The position numbers and the translations under genes were made by a program. A stretch of DNA of 64,000 nt. Source: Tubulanus polymorphus. Lineage: Eukaryota > Animalia > Nemertea. The stretch spans positions 22,440,345 to 22,504,344 of the forward strand of contig NC_134028.1 in NCBI RefSeq assembly GCF_964204645.1, in the 5' to 3' direction. This document shows, piece by piece, positions 63,501 through 64,000 of the stretch. Each line of letters begins with the position of its first letter. Position 1 is the stretch's first letter. Under the pieces are notes generated by a model, which made no database searches, was not told the origin of the DNA, and saw only the letters and a list, made by a program, of their open reading frames with translations.

Positions 63501-64000
63501 CGTAGCTGCTTAAAGTCATCGAAAATCCTTTAACCACCTGTGGGGGCGTTTCTGAGCACAGACACAGCGACACAATTTTATCACGCGAACACTGGATGAA
63601 GTTTGGGCGAATATTGGAAAAGACGCTTCGTATAAAAAATCAGGGCAGTATAAAAATCAATCAGTGTTTGTGGAAGACAGTTTGATCGGAATCCGACTCA
63701 CGTACTGACGCTACTCCATCATCTAGCTTGTTGAATAAATAACCACTTAATGAATTTTATTTATGAGCATCATTTTCGAATTTGCCTAACGTTCTCTGGA
63801 GATACGAACTCAGTTTTTTTCATTCGATCTGAATTTCAACTAGTGTCGATGTCGTCAATTTGAAAGGAAGTTGGAGTCAGGATTCGAATGCGAAGCAGCC
63901 ATACGGTGGAAAGTGGAATAGTTGATTGTGTTGATTACGCCACTCTTTGGACAGAGGGAAGAGGGGTGAAGGCTCAGGGCAGAGGGGAGAAGGGAGAGAG

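Overview
Eukaryotic (invertebrate animal, CpG not obviously depleted) genomic DNA, mostly intronic and repeat-rich; nearly all short ORFs in the supplied track are non-coding noise. Two spliced protein-coding genes can be reconstructed by hand. (1) The last three coding exons of an ionotropic glutamate receptor on the + strand (<1-21, 245-414, 860-1006), absent from the ORF track. (2) A complete ~493-aa rhodopsin-class neuropeptide GPCR (luqin/RYamide-leucokinin-GPR83-tachykinin neighbourhood) on the - strand, in three coding exons (36279-35311, 11435-11217, 7400-7107) joined by phase-0 GT-AG introns of ~23.9 kb and ~3.8 kb. The genes are convergent. The GPCR leader has a 16-codon uORF whose stop overlaps the main start (AUGA). 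The rest contains several MITE families (CWG-, TTA- and 5-bp TSDs), nested insertions, MITE-derived minisatellites, LINE 3' remnants, tRNA-derived SINEs, a dispersed repeat with paired CTCF-like motifs, and Penelope-type minimal hammerhead ribozyme modules, one with an intact core. No prokaryotic-type system (CRISPR, operon) is supported. All identifications are by eye; no database search was run.
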